Program-made: the position numbers and the translations under genes
The notes under the pieces: model-generated
The model's input: only the letters and a program-made list of their open reading frames with translations
The model's database searches: none
What the model was told of the DNA's origin: nothing
Source: Trueperaceae bacterium
GTDB lineage: Bacteria; Deinococcota; Deinococci; Deinococcales; Trueperaceae
Reading direction: 5' to 3'
DNA length: 64,000 nucleotides
Assembly (NCBI GenBank): GCA_965215565.1
Contig: CBDCDZ010000004.1
Coordinates: 3,968,001 to 4,032,000, forward strand
Part shown: positions 48,599-58,832 of the stretch, in pieces
How the letters are laid out: each line of letters begins with the position of its first letter
Numbering within the stretch: position 1 is the first letter of the stretch

Positions 48599-50449
48599 TT
48601 ACTGGCTTTTCCGGATGCTGAACCCGTACCTTTGCGTAATGCCGTAGGTCGAGACCCTTACGTAGTAGGTTCCCGGCGCGAGCACAGGTGATTGATCGTC
48701 GTAGCGCAAGTTATAGTTGGGGTCGTATTCGCCCTCTTCGTACAAATCCAGGTTGGGCAAGCCGCTACCGCTATCTTTGAGAACGAAGTCCACTTGCGTC
48801 GTACTTTCGAGTGTAAAGCTAAACCAGTCCTCGTCGTCCTCTGAGACAAGCAAGTTGCCGTCTGCAAAGTCTAAGGAGACGGGGTGCGCCGTTTCACGGG
48901 TATCGTTGGGTTCGTATTCCAGGTCGGGTACGCCTTCGCTCGTAATAGAGAGTGCGTAGGCAAAGTTGTCACCCGAGTAGCGTGAGTTGCTCAGCGAGAC
49001 GTAGTAGGTATCCGCAGGTAGGATGAACGAGACGGCTCCAGCCGCATAGAGCGAAAAGGTGCGCCCGCCGTCTATTTTCGTTCCTTCGTCCGTGTAGAAA
49101 GTTCCACTAAGGTCACTGTAGTTTTTGTCGCTACGCTCTAGCGTGACGAGCTGCTCTTCGGTGAGCGTGAAGCTAAACCAGTCCTGGTCGCTTTCGGTCA
49201 TGTAGAGGTCGGCGCTGTAGGGTAGTGATAGAGAGGTGGCGGTGTTAAAGCTGTTGTTGGGCTCTAGAGCGGCGTCGGGTAGGGGTTTACTGCTAAGCGT
49301 GACAGGATAGATAAGTCCACCGTCGGAAAAGCTGCTGTAGTTGTAGACGCGCAGATAGTGTTTGCCTGCCTCGAGCGTGAGGGTAAAGGCGTCACCCCTA
49401 TAACTGCTGCCCCTATACGTTTCTAAGTCGGCGTTGTAGAGCGCGTAAGAGAGGTCGTAGGAGCTGTCGCCCAGGTCGAAGGTAACGAGCCGAGCGTCGG
49501 TGAGCGTGAAGGAGAACCAGTCTTCGTCGTCTTGGCTGAGAAACATCTGTTGAGTGAAATCGGCTGACATTTCTGTGGCGCTCTCGGAGGTGTTGTTAGG
49601 TTCTAAAGCAGCGTCGGGGAGTGGGCCGCTCGAGAGGATGAGGGTGTAGCTTTGGTTCCTAGGTACGTCGTCGCCGTCGAGAGAAAGATAGTAGGTGCCG
49701 GCAGGAAGCTGAATGGACCGCGCCGAAGCGAAGTCCGCCGCGCCGAGTTCGAAACCAACCACCTGGTTTTGCGCGTCGTCGTAGAGGTTCGCGTAGGTAT
49801 AGAAGTTGTCCGCCTCCACTCCAACGGTGAGAAGTTGCTCCTCACTCAAAGTGAACGTGAACCAGTCGTCGTCTTGCAAGACGAGGTCGGCTCGGTAATC
49901 GAGTTCGATTTCGGCGGCTTCCTCTCGGTTGTTATTAGGCTCTAAAGCGTCGTCTTCGGTGGGGGTTTGAGGCTCGCCAGGTTTGTCGCTGCCACGCTGG
50001 AAGTTGACCTCGATGGAGAACTTGCCCGGTCTGCCATCCTCGCATTCGACGCCGTCAACTTCGGTGAGCGTCCCTGAAACACCTGAAGATTTGAACGTGA
50101 GGTCGGCGTTGAACAAGATAAACTCGTAGCTCCAGTCATCGAAGAATTCCGCTGTGCCCGTGAGTTTGCCCGAGGACGCGGCGCGGCCCGAGAACGAACC
50201 GAAGTAGAAATCGCCGTAGTCGTTTATCAGTGCTATATCACCGTAGACGCTTTCGCCGTCGCTCTCCAAGCTGAGGTCCATCTGAAGTCCTATGTAACTT
50301 GTCTCGCCGCAGACTTCGGCTCGAGCCTTCGTATCCACCCACTCGCCGCTAAGCGTCTCGAGAGGTGGCGGCGCAGAACTGCCGCAGCTAGCGAGTAAAC
50401 CTGTGAGCGCTAAGCTCAGGCTCGCCATGAGATAAAAAGATGTTTTCAT
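48599..50449 (-). CDS. Surface lipoprotein with four PPC-like (EPNN/DxDW) beta-sandwich repeats
   Basis: Lipobox LASC; repeated EPN(N/D)...A.....D.DWF.FTL...L.AG.YY; no protease domain seen. Confidence 0.85.
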   Translation of the reverse strand: MKTSFYLMASLSLALTGLLASCGSSAPPPLETLSGEWVDTKARAEVCGETSYIGLQMDLSLESDGESVYGDIALINDYGDFYFGSFSGRAASSGKLTGTAEFFDDWSYEFILFNADLTFKSSGVSGTLTEVDGVECEDGRPGKFSIEVNFQRGSDKPGEPQTPTEDDALEPNNNREEAAEIELDYRADLVLQDDDWFTFTLSEEQLLTVGVEADNFYTYANLYDDAQNQVVGFELGAADFASARSIQLPAGTYYLSLDGDDVPRNQSYTLILSSGPLPDAALEPNNTSESATEMSADFTQQMFLSQDDEDWFSFTLTDARLVTFDLGDSSYDLSYALYNADLETYRGSSYRGDAFTLTLEAGKHYLRVYNYSSFSDGGLIYPVTLSSKPLPDAALEPNNSFNTATSLSLPYSADLYMTESDQDWFSFTLTEEQLVTLERSDKNYSDLSGTFYTDEGTKIDGGRTFSLYAAGAVSFILPADTYYVSLSNSRYSGDNFAYALSITSEGVPDLEYEPNDTRETAHPVSLDFADGNLLVSEDDEDWFSFTLESTTQVDFVLKDSGSGLPNLDLYEEGEYDPNYNLRYDDQSPVLAPGTYYVRVSTYGITQRYGFSIRKSQ

Positions 50450-50683
50450 AAAACGAACTCCCTCTAAGAATGAATTAGACCTGAAGAGGTCCAACGTATC
50501 GTAGCGGGGTCGGTCTTACAGAATTAGCACACTGGCGCTGTAAAACTCTCGGAGCGTCTTTAGCTCTTAAAATTGGATAGGCTACTCCTATGAGTGTCTT
50601 CGTTACAGGCGGCGTTAATAGCGGACTCAGGTCTCATCAAACTCGAGCTTCGTCGGCAGCCGGAGCCCGAATTTTCAATAGAG

Positions 50684-51451
50684 CTACTGCCCCCTAGCCC
50701 TCCACGCCTCATACCCCGCCTCCACAAAATAAAGCCCGTGCGGTGGCACGTTCGGACCCGCTTTCTTGCGGTCTCTACTCTCCAAAATCGGCGCAATGTC
50801 GTGAGGTTGTAGCTTTCCTTCACCCACGTAGAGCAGCGTGCCTACAACGGTGCGGACCATGTTGCGCAAAAACCCGTCGGCGGCGATGTGCAGCGTGAGG
50901 TTTCGTCCCTCAACGTCTAAGCGGCAGAGGTGGACCGTGCGCACCGTCCCTCTCGTCTCTTGCGTGGCGAGCGCAGCGAAGTCCCGTGTTCCTTCAAAAT
51001 AAGCGGTGGCGGCCTGCATCGCCTCAACGTCGAGCCTTTGCGACAGAAAGAGAACGCGGTGGCGCTCTAGCGCGGTGGTCTCGAGCGAACCTCTTGTCAA
51101 ACGCATCCGGTAGACATAGCGGCGGTAGCGGCAGCTAAACTGGCTCTCGAACTCGGGTCCAACCTCTTCCGCTTGGAGTGCGCGCACGTCGGCGGGAAGC
51201 CGTGCGTTGAGCGCTTTGGAAACTTTCTTAATAGGAATTGCGTCTTCCGTGTCGTAATGCGCCACCATCGCCAGTGCGTGGACGCCCGCGTCAGTGCGCC
51301 CCGCGCCCATGACCCGAGGGCGCGCGCCGGGGATGTTGGACAAAGCGGCTTCGATAACGCCTTGTACAGTTCGTTCGCCCGTCTTCGCCTGCACCTGCCA
51401 GCCGTAAAAGTGCGTCCCGTCGAACTCCAGGGTGAGTTTGATGCGCCTCAC
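50684..51451 (-). CDS. truA: tRNA pseudouridine(38-40) synthase
   Basis: FDGT.FYGWQ, AGRTDAGVHA, GFLRNMVR, PPHGL. Confidence 0.96.
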   Translation of the reverse strand: MRRIKLTLEFDGTHFYGWQVQAKTGERTVQGVIEAALSNIPGARPRVMGAGRTDAGVHALAMVAHYDTEDAIPIKKVSKALNARLPADVRALQAEEVGPEFESQFSCRYRRYVYRMRLTRGSLETTALERHRVLFLSQRLDVEAMQAATAYFEGTRDFAALATQETRGTVRTVHLCRLDVEGRNLTLHIAADGFLRNMVRTVVGTLLYVGEGKLQPHDIAPILESRDRKKAGPNVPPHGLYFVEAGYEAWRARGQ

Positions 51452-52338
51452 GTCGTTGATTTCGGTGAAGGTTGCGAAGGGGGCGTCGGCGTTAGATGGG
51501 TCAACTTCGCTAGGTAAGGCGTCAAGGCGAGCCCGGTGTAGCCGATGAGGAAATAGCGCACGAAGCCAACCAGAGCGTTTCTCTTGACCTCTTCGCTAAG
51601 GAGGAGGCTCGAGCCAAAGAGCGCCGCGAACACGAGTACGAGCCCCAAGAGCGTCACCAGAACGCGCCGCCATATGCGCCCCTCAGCGCGGTAGGGGACG
51701 AATAGTGGTGCAGTCGCGAACGCCGCCAACCCGCCCATCAGCACCTCAGAATCGGGCGTTGATAAAAAGAGGTGTAGAGCGAGAGGTACAAGGAGTCCGA
51801 GCGTAAAGAGAACGCCTTTAGAGGGTGGCGTGAAGGTGTCTACCCAGCGGTCAACGCCGAGAAAGAGTCCGACTAAAACCGCGCCGATAATGAGCCCGCC
51901 GATGATATCGAGGGGTATGTGAACGCCCAGATAGATTCGGCTGAGTGAAATAAGCGCAACGAGTAGCGCGGCGAGGGTCCAAAACCATATCTTACGAACC
52001 CTCAAAGCGAGATACCCCCAAAAGGTCGCGCTTGCCTGCGCGTGTCCGCTCGGAAAGCCCGGACCTGCGCCTGTTGCAACCGCCGCCGGGCTCCGCGCAA
52101 GCTCAGGGTCAATTGTGTAGGGGCGCGGCGTGTCGATGAGACCCTTGAGGTGAAAGTTGAGGTAGAAACTGACGAGCAAGTAGACCGCGACGCGCTGACC
52201 CAAGCGCGCGTCGAACGCCAGGTAGGTCACGAGCAAAAAGGCGATGTAGGCGAGTTCTGAGCCTAAGTTGGTGACGAAGAGCAGCAGCGCGTCCAAGGTA
52301 GGTGAGGCGAACTGTTGTAAGTAGAGGATGGTGTCCAT
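51448..52338 (-). CDS. PAP2 family membrane phosphatase
   Basis: K......RP, FPSGHA, SRIYLGVH..LD. Confidence 0.92.
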   Translation of the reverse strand: MDTILYLQQFASPTLDALLLFVTNLGSELAYIAFLLVTYLAFDARLGQRVAVYLLVSFYLNFHLKGLIDTPRPYTIDPELARSPAAVATGAGPGFPSGHAQASATFWGYLALRVRKIWFWTLAALLVALISLSRIYLGVHIPLDIIGGLIIGAVLVGLFLGVDRWVDTFTPPSKGVLFTLGLLVPLALHLFLSTPDSEVLMGGLAAFATAPLFVPYRAEGRIWRRVLVTLLGLVLVFAALFGSSLLLSEEVKRNALVGFVRYFLIGYTGLALTPYLAKLTHLTPTPPSQPSPKSTT

Positions 52339-52503
52339 TAGGGCTATTCTAGCGAGTCAAGAGGTCGGGGGCGTGCAAGTAGACTATCGCCGAGTTGAGT
52401 CTGCACGTCTTAGCTTGAGAATAAAGCTGTTAGCTCTTAGCCGTTAGCTTTTAACCTTTGCTAATACCTGACAGCTAATAGCTAAAGGCTTCTGCACAGA
52501 GTG

Positions 52504-52902
52504 TCAGCACCATCCTAAATGTGTGTCCTTGAAGCCACTCGAGTACTTCAGCCCATACCCAATCATCCGGTCTAACCCAATATGCGCAAACCAGATGAGC
52601 GCGACGCTCCCCATAAGAGGTTGACCTGCGAAGAAGCCGAACGCGAGCAGCGCGGCAGGTAGCGGGTAGCTGTGAAAGAGGTTGTAAACGTGCGCCCCCG
52701 AGCGCTTGCTGAAGAGGTAGCCGAGCATCGCTACGTCCGGCGTGAGGAGGAGCAAGGCGAACAAAAGCCAGTGTCCACCGAGTGCGAAATACGCGACTGC
52801 GCTACCAAGCATGAGGATTGCGCCCTCGAGCCTAAGCCACACCTTGGGCGCTGAGGCGTGTATAGGGGACTGCGCGGACACGGAGCGAGCGGAAATATTC
52901 AT
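52504..52902 (-). CDS. DUF4260-like membrane protein
   Basis: LRLEG, LLL.PD..MLGY, YN.FH, HIGLDR..GYGLKY..GFKDTHLG. Confidence 0.85.
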   Translation of the reverse strand: MNISARSVSAQSPIHASAPKVWLRLEGAILMLGSAVAYFALGGHWLLFALLLLTPDVAMLGYLFSKRSGAHVYNLFHSYPLPAALLAFGFFAGQPLMGSVALIWFAHIGLDRMIGYGLKYSSGFKDTHLGWC

Positions 52903-52918
52903 CTTAAACCTCTTTCTA

Positions 52919-52999
52919 TTAAGACAAACATCGTTTGTCTTAATACCTAACAGTGTACGGCTTGCTCTACTTCTTGTCAAGCCGTACACTGTTAGGTAT
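52919..52999. promoter_or_regulatory. Mirror-symmetric divergent promoters with probable TetR operators
   Basis: 22-bp perfect inverted repeat (52943-52964 / 52978-52999), each arm holding a TACACT -10; extra palindrome at 52919-52943. Confidence 0.75.
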
Positions 53000-53558
53000 G
53001 CCCTATCCCGCTAAAACGAGCCGAGATAATATCGTTAGAGAAGCTCTGAAGTTGCTAGAGGTAGAGGGTCCCGCCGCCCTCTCCATGCGCACCTTGGCGT
53101 CGAAGCTGGGGGTGAACGCCTCGAGCCTCTACCACCACTTCTCCGGTAAAGAGGTTTTAGAAAAGGCGCTCGCAGATGAGGGAGCAAGGCTTCTCTTAAA
53201 GAGGTTGGAAGCGGCGGCTCGGAATCAATTTGCCAGGGAAGCGCTAGCAGCAACTGCAGAGGCGTACCTTGCATTTTGCCGCGAGCACCCCGCGCTCTAC
53301 ACTCTGATGATGGCTCCGCGCCCTCCCGAAAAAGCTGAAGCAGGCGCGAGTAAAGACCTTTGGAACTTTGTACTCGAGCGCATAGGGGAGGTGACAAAAC
53401 GAGAAGACGACACCGCCGCCGCTGTCGCCTTTTGGTCTTTTTTACACGGGTTTGTCAGCTTGGAACGTTCGGGACTATTTGGATTAAGCGGTGCGCAAGG
53501 AGGGTTGGAGGTGGGGCTGGGGGCTTTACTAACTGGACTTCCTGACGTCAAACGCTGA
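52998..53558 (+). CDS. TetR family regulator (WHG-like C-terminal domain)
   Basis: LSMRTLASKLGV.ASSLYHHF.GKE; FWSFLHGFVSL. Confidence 0.92.
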   Translation: MPYPAKTSRDNIVREALKLLEVEGPAALSMRTLASKLGVNASSLYHHFSGKEVLEKALADEGARLLLKRLEAAARNQFAREALAATAEAYLAFCREHPALYTLMMAPRPPEKAEAGASKDLWNFVLERIGEVTKREDDTAAAVAFWSFLHGFVSLERSGLFGLSGAQGGLEVGLGALLTGLPDVKR

Positions 53559-53644
53559 AGAGGAAGTCCTGGCAAGCTGACTCGCTGAGATGCCAACCCA
53601 CGACTGCCTGACCCACGCTCGTCTAACCCACGTCTGCCCGAACG

Positions 53645-54715
53645 TCAACGCCCTTGCAACTTTTCCGCCTCCTCCCGACTGAATCCAACCTCTTCGCCTG
53701 CCGCCAAAATACCCTCCCACGCTCTATCCGCAAGAGGTATGCCCCCTTTCTGCCGCGTCTCTTTGGCGCGGCGTTCGGGGTCACCGGGGGACAAGACGGG
53801 TTTGTCGGCGTCGGCGGGCGGCGAGGCTTTGAAGTAGCGGACCGTCGCGTCGATTTCGGCGCGCATCCAGGGGATGTCGGTGAGCTTCGCCGGGTCAACT
53901 ACAAAGGTGAGCATGTTGTTTACGATACTGCCTTGCCGCTCGTGACCGGGCTGAATCGTGCCGCCGCCCGATAAAACGCCGCCCAAAAGTTCGCAGAAGA
54001 GCGCCAAACCGTAGCCCTTGTGGTCGCCGAGGGGTAAGAGTGCGCCGTAAGGTTCGCTGAACATCACATTCGGATCATTTGTCGGTTTTCCTTGCCCATC
54101 CAAGAGCCTGCCGTCATCCACCTCTACCCCTTGGTTCATCGCCACGCGCGTTTTTCCCAGTGCGATTTTGCTCGTCGCCATGTCTAAAAGTAGTGGCTCG
54201 GTCTCGTCGCTGCCAGGCATGGCGATACAGATGGGGTTCGTGCCGTAGCGGGCATCGGTGCCGCCGAACGGTGCCACCAGCGGGCGGTGGTCCGTGACGT
54301 TGACGAAGTGCAGCGAGACGAGACCCGCCTCGATACTCCGCTCGCCGTACGTGCCGATGCGCCCGATGTGGTGCGCGTTACGCAAGGTCATCAGCACTAA
54401 GCCTGCTTCTTTGCAGCGCTCAATGGCGGCGTCCATCGCCTCCAACGCCACCCGCTGTCCGTAGCCTCTGCGCCCACCGAACACGAGGATGGACCCCTCA
54501 TCTTTGACCTTTTCTACCGCTGTATTCGGTTTGAGCAGCCCCGCTTTAAGGTGCTTGACATAGGTAGGGATCATGCCGACGCCGTGCGAGTCGTGCCCGC
54601 TGAGGTTGGCTCTTACCAGATGGTCTGTGACAAGTTCGGCTTCGTGCTCACTGCTGCCCCCCGCCATGATGATGCGGCGGACGACCTCTCTAAGTTGCGG
54701 TTCGGCGATCTGCAT
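53645..54715 (-). CDS. Ldh_2 family (malate/lactate/ureidoglycolate-like) dehydrogenase
   Basis: GHDSHGV, HHIGRIG, GTNPI, LDMATS, HKGYGL; start MQIAE after RBS GAGGAG. Confidence 0.92.
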   Translation of the reverse strand: MQIAEPQLREVVRRIIMAGGSSEHEAELVTDHLVRANLSGHDSHGVGMIPTYVKHLKAGLLKPNTAVEKVKDEGSILVFGGRRGYGQRVALEAMDAAIERCKEAGLVLMTLRNAHHIGRIGTYGERSIEAGLVSLHFVNVTDHRPLVAPFGGTDARYGTNPICIAMPGSDETEPLLLDMATSKIALGKTRVAMNQGVEVDDGRLLDGQGKPTNDPNVMFSEPYGALLPLGDHKGYGLALFCELLGGVLSGGGTIQPGHERQGSIVNNMLTFVVDPAKLTDIPWMRAEIDATVRYFKASPPADADKPVLSPGDPERRAKETRQKGGIPLADRAWEGILAAGEEVGFSREEAEKLQGR

Positions 54716-54981
54716 ACGCGCTCCTCTTCTTTTCGCTAGTAAGGTGCGCTCAGGATAACGCAAAAGTCGTGCACTCCTTACATGAGACCACCAAACTATC
54801 TGTAAAACATCATCGTGAAATTCCTCATTATGCCCGTGGCTGCGTAGATTTTTCACGCGCTTTGAACCGTGCGTGGCGGTATAACGAATACGTGCTAAAT
54901 TCATTAACTGTTCATTTTGTAGCGAAGTCAATCTAGTCAACCTGACACCTTTAGCACGCCGAGTCGGGAAAGGGTAGCCAC

Positions 54982-57642
54982 GTGACACCTCAGTCTGAGA
55001 AGAACGCTATTTTACGCAAAATCAAAGAGATTCGCTCTCAGCTTGTGCAGCTCGAGAACGGCGGCGAGCTGTCCAACCTCTTCCGCCAGATGCTCGACGC
55101 CACCGATAACGTCATCACCATCGCCGACGCGACCTTGCCCGATAAACCACTCCTCTACGTCAATAAGCAATTTGAAGAGCTGACGGGCTACAGCTTCGAC
55201 GAGATTGTGGGTCAAAACTGCCGCTTTTTGCAAGGCGACGACCGTGACCAGAGTGAACTGGAGCGGCTGCGCCGGGCGATCAAAAAGGGTGAAAACGTCC
55301 GCGTCGAGCTGCGCAACTACCGCAAGAACGGCGCGATGTTTTGGAACGAACTCTATCTAACCGCCATCTATGACCAGTCGGGCGAACTCAAGTATTTTTT
55401 AGGGGTGCAAAACGACATCACCGAGCTTAAAGAACTCTTCGAGAGCGAGCGCGACTTGCGCCAGGTGATGGGCAGCTTCATGGCGTTCGCGGGGATGCTC
55501 TCGTTGGAGGGCGAGGTGCTGCGCGTGGACCAGAGCACCTTGAAAACGGCGGCGCTTAGCCTCGAAGAGGTGCTTTACGATCCACTCGAGGAGACCGTCT
55601 GGTGGTCTCACTCCGAAGCGGTGAAGCGCAAGCTTAGAGAGGCGATTGCGTCGGGCAAAGAGGGTAAGACCTGCCGCACCGACCTCAAAATGCGCGTATC
55701 GAGCGAGGCGGGCAACGAGAAATTTATCACCGTAGATTTTTGCGTCACGCCCCGTTTCGACTCACAGGGAAACTTAGCGCAACTCATCGCCACGGGCACG
55801 GATATTTCGGAGCGCAAAGAGGCTGAAGAGGGTTTGCGCCGCCGCACCCGTGAGTTCGTGACTTTAGTTGAAAATACCCCCGATATCATCGCCCGCTTCG
55901 ACCGCGAGTTGCGCTACGTCTACGTCAACTCGGCGGTGGAGAAGGCGATAGGGCTCAGCGCGCGTGAGGTAATTGGGAGGCGGCTCGAGGCGTTCGACAA
56001 GACAGACGCGCACACGATATGGAATGGCACGCTGCAAGAGGTCTTCTGGAGCGGGCGCGAGGTGGAGTTAGAGATTCGCTACCCCTCCTCGCAGGGTGAG
56101 CAGACTTACATCTGTCACTTCGTGCCCGAGTGGAACGCCGCTGAGACTTCAGAAGATACGTGCGAAGAAGCGTCCGCGAAACCCAAAGAGCCAGACACCG
56201 TCCTGGTCATCAGCCGCAACGTCACTACCCAAAAGCAGACCGAAGCGGCGCTTAAAGAAACGCAGACTGAGTTGCTGCGCCAAATCAATACCCTTCGCGC
56301 GACCGAAGCTGAGCTGCAACGCGCCAACGAGCGGCTCTACCACGACGCTTTTCACGACTCGCTGACCGGGCTACCCAACCGCGCGTTGTTCATGGACCGT
56401 CTCGCCCAGATCATCAAGCACCAGCGGCGCGAGCCCGAGCGGACCGCCGCCGTGCTCTTTTTGGACTTCGACCGCTTTAAGATCGTCAACGACTCGCTCG
56501 GGCACGCCGCCGGGGACGCGCTCTTAGTCAGCGTCGGCGAGCGCCTCAAGATGTGCGTGCGCCCCGCTGACACCGTCGCCCGCTTGGGCGGCGACGAGTT
56601 CGCGATTCTATTAGAAGATATCGAAGAGGCGCAAGCGGTTCAGGTGGCGCAGCGCATTATGGACGCCTTCAAAGACCCTGTGAACGTCGAGGAGCATAGC
56701 CTCTATACGAGCGCCAGCATCGGCGTCGTGACGAGCACCGGCGCGTACAAGAGCGCCAGCGACGCGATGCGCGACGCTGACATCGCGATGTACCGCGCCA
56801 AAGGGGAGAGCCGGGGCACCTACCGCGTCTTTAACGAAAACATGCACCGCCAAGTTGTCGCGACGATGTCTTTAGAAAAGGAGTTGCATAGGGCCCTGGA
56901 GCAAGGGGAGTTCAGGGTTGTGTATCAGCCGATCGTAGCGACTCGTAGCGGCGCACTGATGGGCTTCGAGGCGCTCCTCAGGTGGTCACATCCGCAACGC
57001 GGCGAGGTGCCGCCCGCCGACTTTCTGCCGCTCGCCGAAGAGATGGGGCTCATGGTCAAGTTGGACCGCTACGTGTGGCGCACGGCGTGTCAGCAGGTGA
57101 AGGTGTGGCAAGAGCACCTCATCGCTCCCTTGGGGCTCTCCCTCAACCTCTCGTCACAGCACGCGCTCTACCCGGACCTCACAGGGGAGCTTAACGACAT
57201 CTTGCGGAGCACCAGTTTTAGCGCGTCGCAACTCACCCTGGAAATCACCGAGGGTGCACTCATCGACGCTTCGCAGTCGGTTCGCAACACCTTCAAGGCG
57301 CTCAAGTCGCTAGGCATCAAGCTCCACTTGGACGACTTCGGTACGGGCTACTCGTCCTTATCCTACTTGCAACGTTTTCCTGTAGACGCGCTTAAAATTG
57401 ACCGCAGCTTTATCGACAACATGCAGCACCTAGAGGAGAGCGCCGAACTGGTGCGCACCATCATCAACATGGCGCAAAATTTGGGGCTCGAGGTCATCGC
57501 CGAAGGCGTCGAAACCGAAGCGCAGTTAGCGCAGCTCAGGCGTTTGGGCTGCACGTACAGCCAGGGCTTTCTCTTCTCCAAGCCGCTTTCTGAGGCGAGG
57601 GTGCTGCCCTTTATTGACCACATGCGGCAGGCGCTTTCGTAG
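54982..57642 (+). CDS. LOV-PAS-PAS-GGDEF-EAL putative blue-light c-di-GMP enzyme
   Basis: GQNCRFLQG, NYRKNG, FWN, FLGVQ; RPAD...GGDEF; EAL, DDFGTGYSS, AEGVET. Confidence 0.92.
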   Translation: MTPQSEKNAILRKIKEIRSQLVQLENGGELSNLFRQMLDATDNVITIADATLPDKPLLYVNKQFEELTGYSFDEIVGQNCRFLQGDDRDQSELERLRRAIKKGENVRVELRNYRKNGAMFWNELYLTAIYDQSGELKYFLGVQNDITELKELFESERDLRQVMGSFMAFAGMLSLEGEVLRVDQSTLKTAALSLEEVLYDPLEETVWWSHSEAVKRKLREAIASGKEGKTCRTDLKMRVSSEAGNEKFITVDFCVTPRFDSQGNLAQLIATGTDISERKEAEEGLRRRTREFVTLVENTPDIIARFDRELRYVYVNSAVEKAIGLSAREVIGRRLEAFDKTDAHTIWNGTLQEVFWSGREVELEIRYPSSQGEQTYICHFVPEWNAAETSEDTCEEASAKPKEPDTVLVISRNVTTQKQTEAALKETQTELLRQINTLRATEAELQRANERLYHDAFHDSLTGLPNRALFMDRLAQIIKHQRREPERTAAVLFLDFDRFKIVNDSLGHAAGDALLVSVGERLKMCVRPADTVARLGGDEFAILLEDIEEAQAVQVAQRIMDAFKDPVNVEEHSLYTSASIGVVTSTGAYKSASDAMRDADIAMYRAKGESRGTYRVFNENMHRQVVATMSLEKELHRALEQGEFRVVYQPIVATRSGALMGFEALLRWSHPQRGEVPPADFLPLAEEMGLMVKLDRYVWRTACQQVKVWQEHLIAPLGLSLNLSSQHALYPDLTGELNDILRSTSFSASQLTLEITEGALIDASQSVRNTFKALKSLGIKLHLDDFGTGYSSLSYLQRFPVDALKIDRSFIDNMQHLEESAELVRTIINMAQNLGLEVIAEGVETEAQLAQLRRLGCTYSQGFLFSKPLSEARVLPFIDHMRQALS

Positions 57643-57707
57643 CTGTGTGGAGGCTAATTTAGATTACTGTAAGATTTATGTGAGATACGCCTTGCTAGGT
57701 TAGCTAT

Positions 57708-58832
57708 ATGGACGCTTCTCGCTCCCGACACGACGCCCTGGCGCGCCGTAAGTTCTACCTGCTTACGCTCGGCTGGGGCATTTTCTCGACCCTTCTCATC
57801 AGTTCCATCTATCAACTTACACCTTTCGCGAGCCTCTACGAAACCTGCATTTTCCTAGTCATCCTCTCGCTCGCTATCTGTTTGGTGTCTCTTTGGCTCA
57901 AACCGAGCAGTTTGCGTGTGGTCGAGTGGAGCCTTTTGGGGGTCATGATCGTCTATGACTTCACTATCCTCGCCTGCATTATGTATGTCGGCCCGGATGA
58001 GCTTATCCCTAGCCTTGTCACGGGCTTTCTCCTCTGGGCCTCGTTCCGCTTCGTCTGGGCCTTTCTCGTGTTGGGACCTAAAGACGGTTTCAAGGTCTCC
58101 ACCGGTTATCTCGTCGGCATGGTTCTTTTTAGCCTGCCTTACCTCTTCGGCGCAGTTCCGCCCAGGGAGGCTGACCTCATCGTCAGGTTTCTTATCATCG
58201 CCTTTCCTATCGTAAGTTCGGCGTATCTCACGGCGCTCTACGCTTTTGCTCACTTCTTAAAAGAGAGTGTGCACGCCCGCGCGAAAGCGGAGGTCGTCGC
58301 CGAACTCGCCTACACCGATGCGCTTACCGGCCTGCCCAACCGTTTGCTGTTCGAAGACCGCTTGAAGCAGACCGTCTCTCGAGCGGAGCGTGAGGGTAAG
58401 GGTTTTGCGCTTATCTTCGTCGATCTCGACCGCTTCAAGTCGGTCAACGATACTTTGGGGCACCGCGCAGGTGACTCCCTTCTCAAAGAGATTGGGGCGC
58501 GTATGAAGGCGCGGCTGCGGACCTCAGACACGCTTGCCCGCATCAGCGGAGACGAGTTCGCCGTCATCCTCCACGAGGTCGAAACGTACAAAGCTGCCGA
58601 AGCTGCCGCTACAACCTTGTTGAGCGCCTTTGACAAAGCGTTCGATTTAGACGGTGCGACGCGCTACGCAGGAGCGAGTCTAGGAGTTGCGCTCTACCCA
58701 GAGCACGGTGCGACGCCTGACGATCTCCTCGTACACGCAGACAGCGCCATGTACATGGCGAAAGAGCGGGGGCGGTGCTGCTACCAGGTCTATCACCCAA
58801 GCAAGCTAGCCCACTCAGCCTCAGCCGCTTAG
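57708..58832 (+). CDS. Membrane-anchored diguanylate cyclase
   Basis: About 6 TM segments; DALTGLPNR, DLDRFK.VND..GH, SGDEF. Confidence 0.9.
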   Translation: MDASRSRHDALARRKFYLLTLGWGIFSTLLISSIYQLTPFASLYETCIFLVILSLAICLVSLWLKPSSLRVVEWSLLGVMIVYDFTILACIMYVGPDELIPSLVTGFLLWASFRFVWAFLVLGPKDGFKVSTGYLVGMVLFSLPYLFGAVPPREADLIVRFLIIAFPIVSSAYLTALYAFAHFLKESVHARAKAEVVAELAYTDALTGLPNRLLFEDRLKQTVSRAEREGKGFALIFVDLDRFKSVNDTLGHRAGDSLLKEIGARMKARLRTSDTLARISGDEFAVILHEVETYKAAEAAATTLLSAFDKAFDLDGATRYAGASLGVALYPEHGATPDDLLVHADSAMYMAKERGRCCYQVYHPSKLAHSASAA

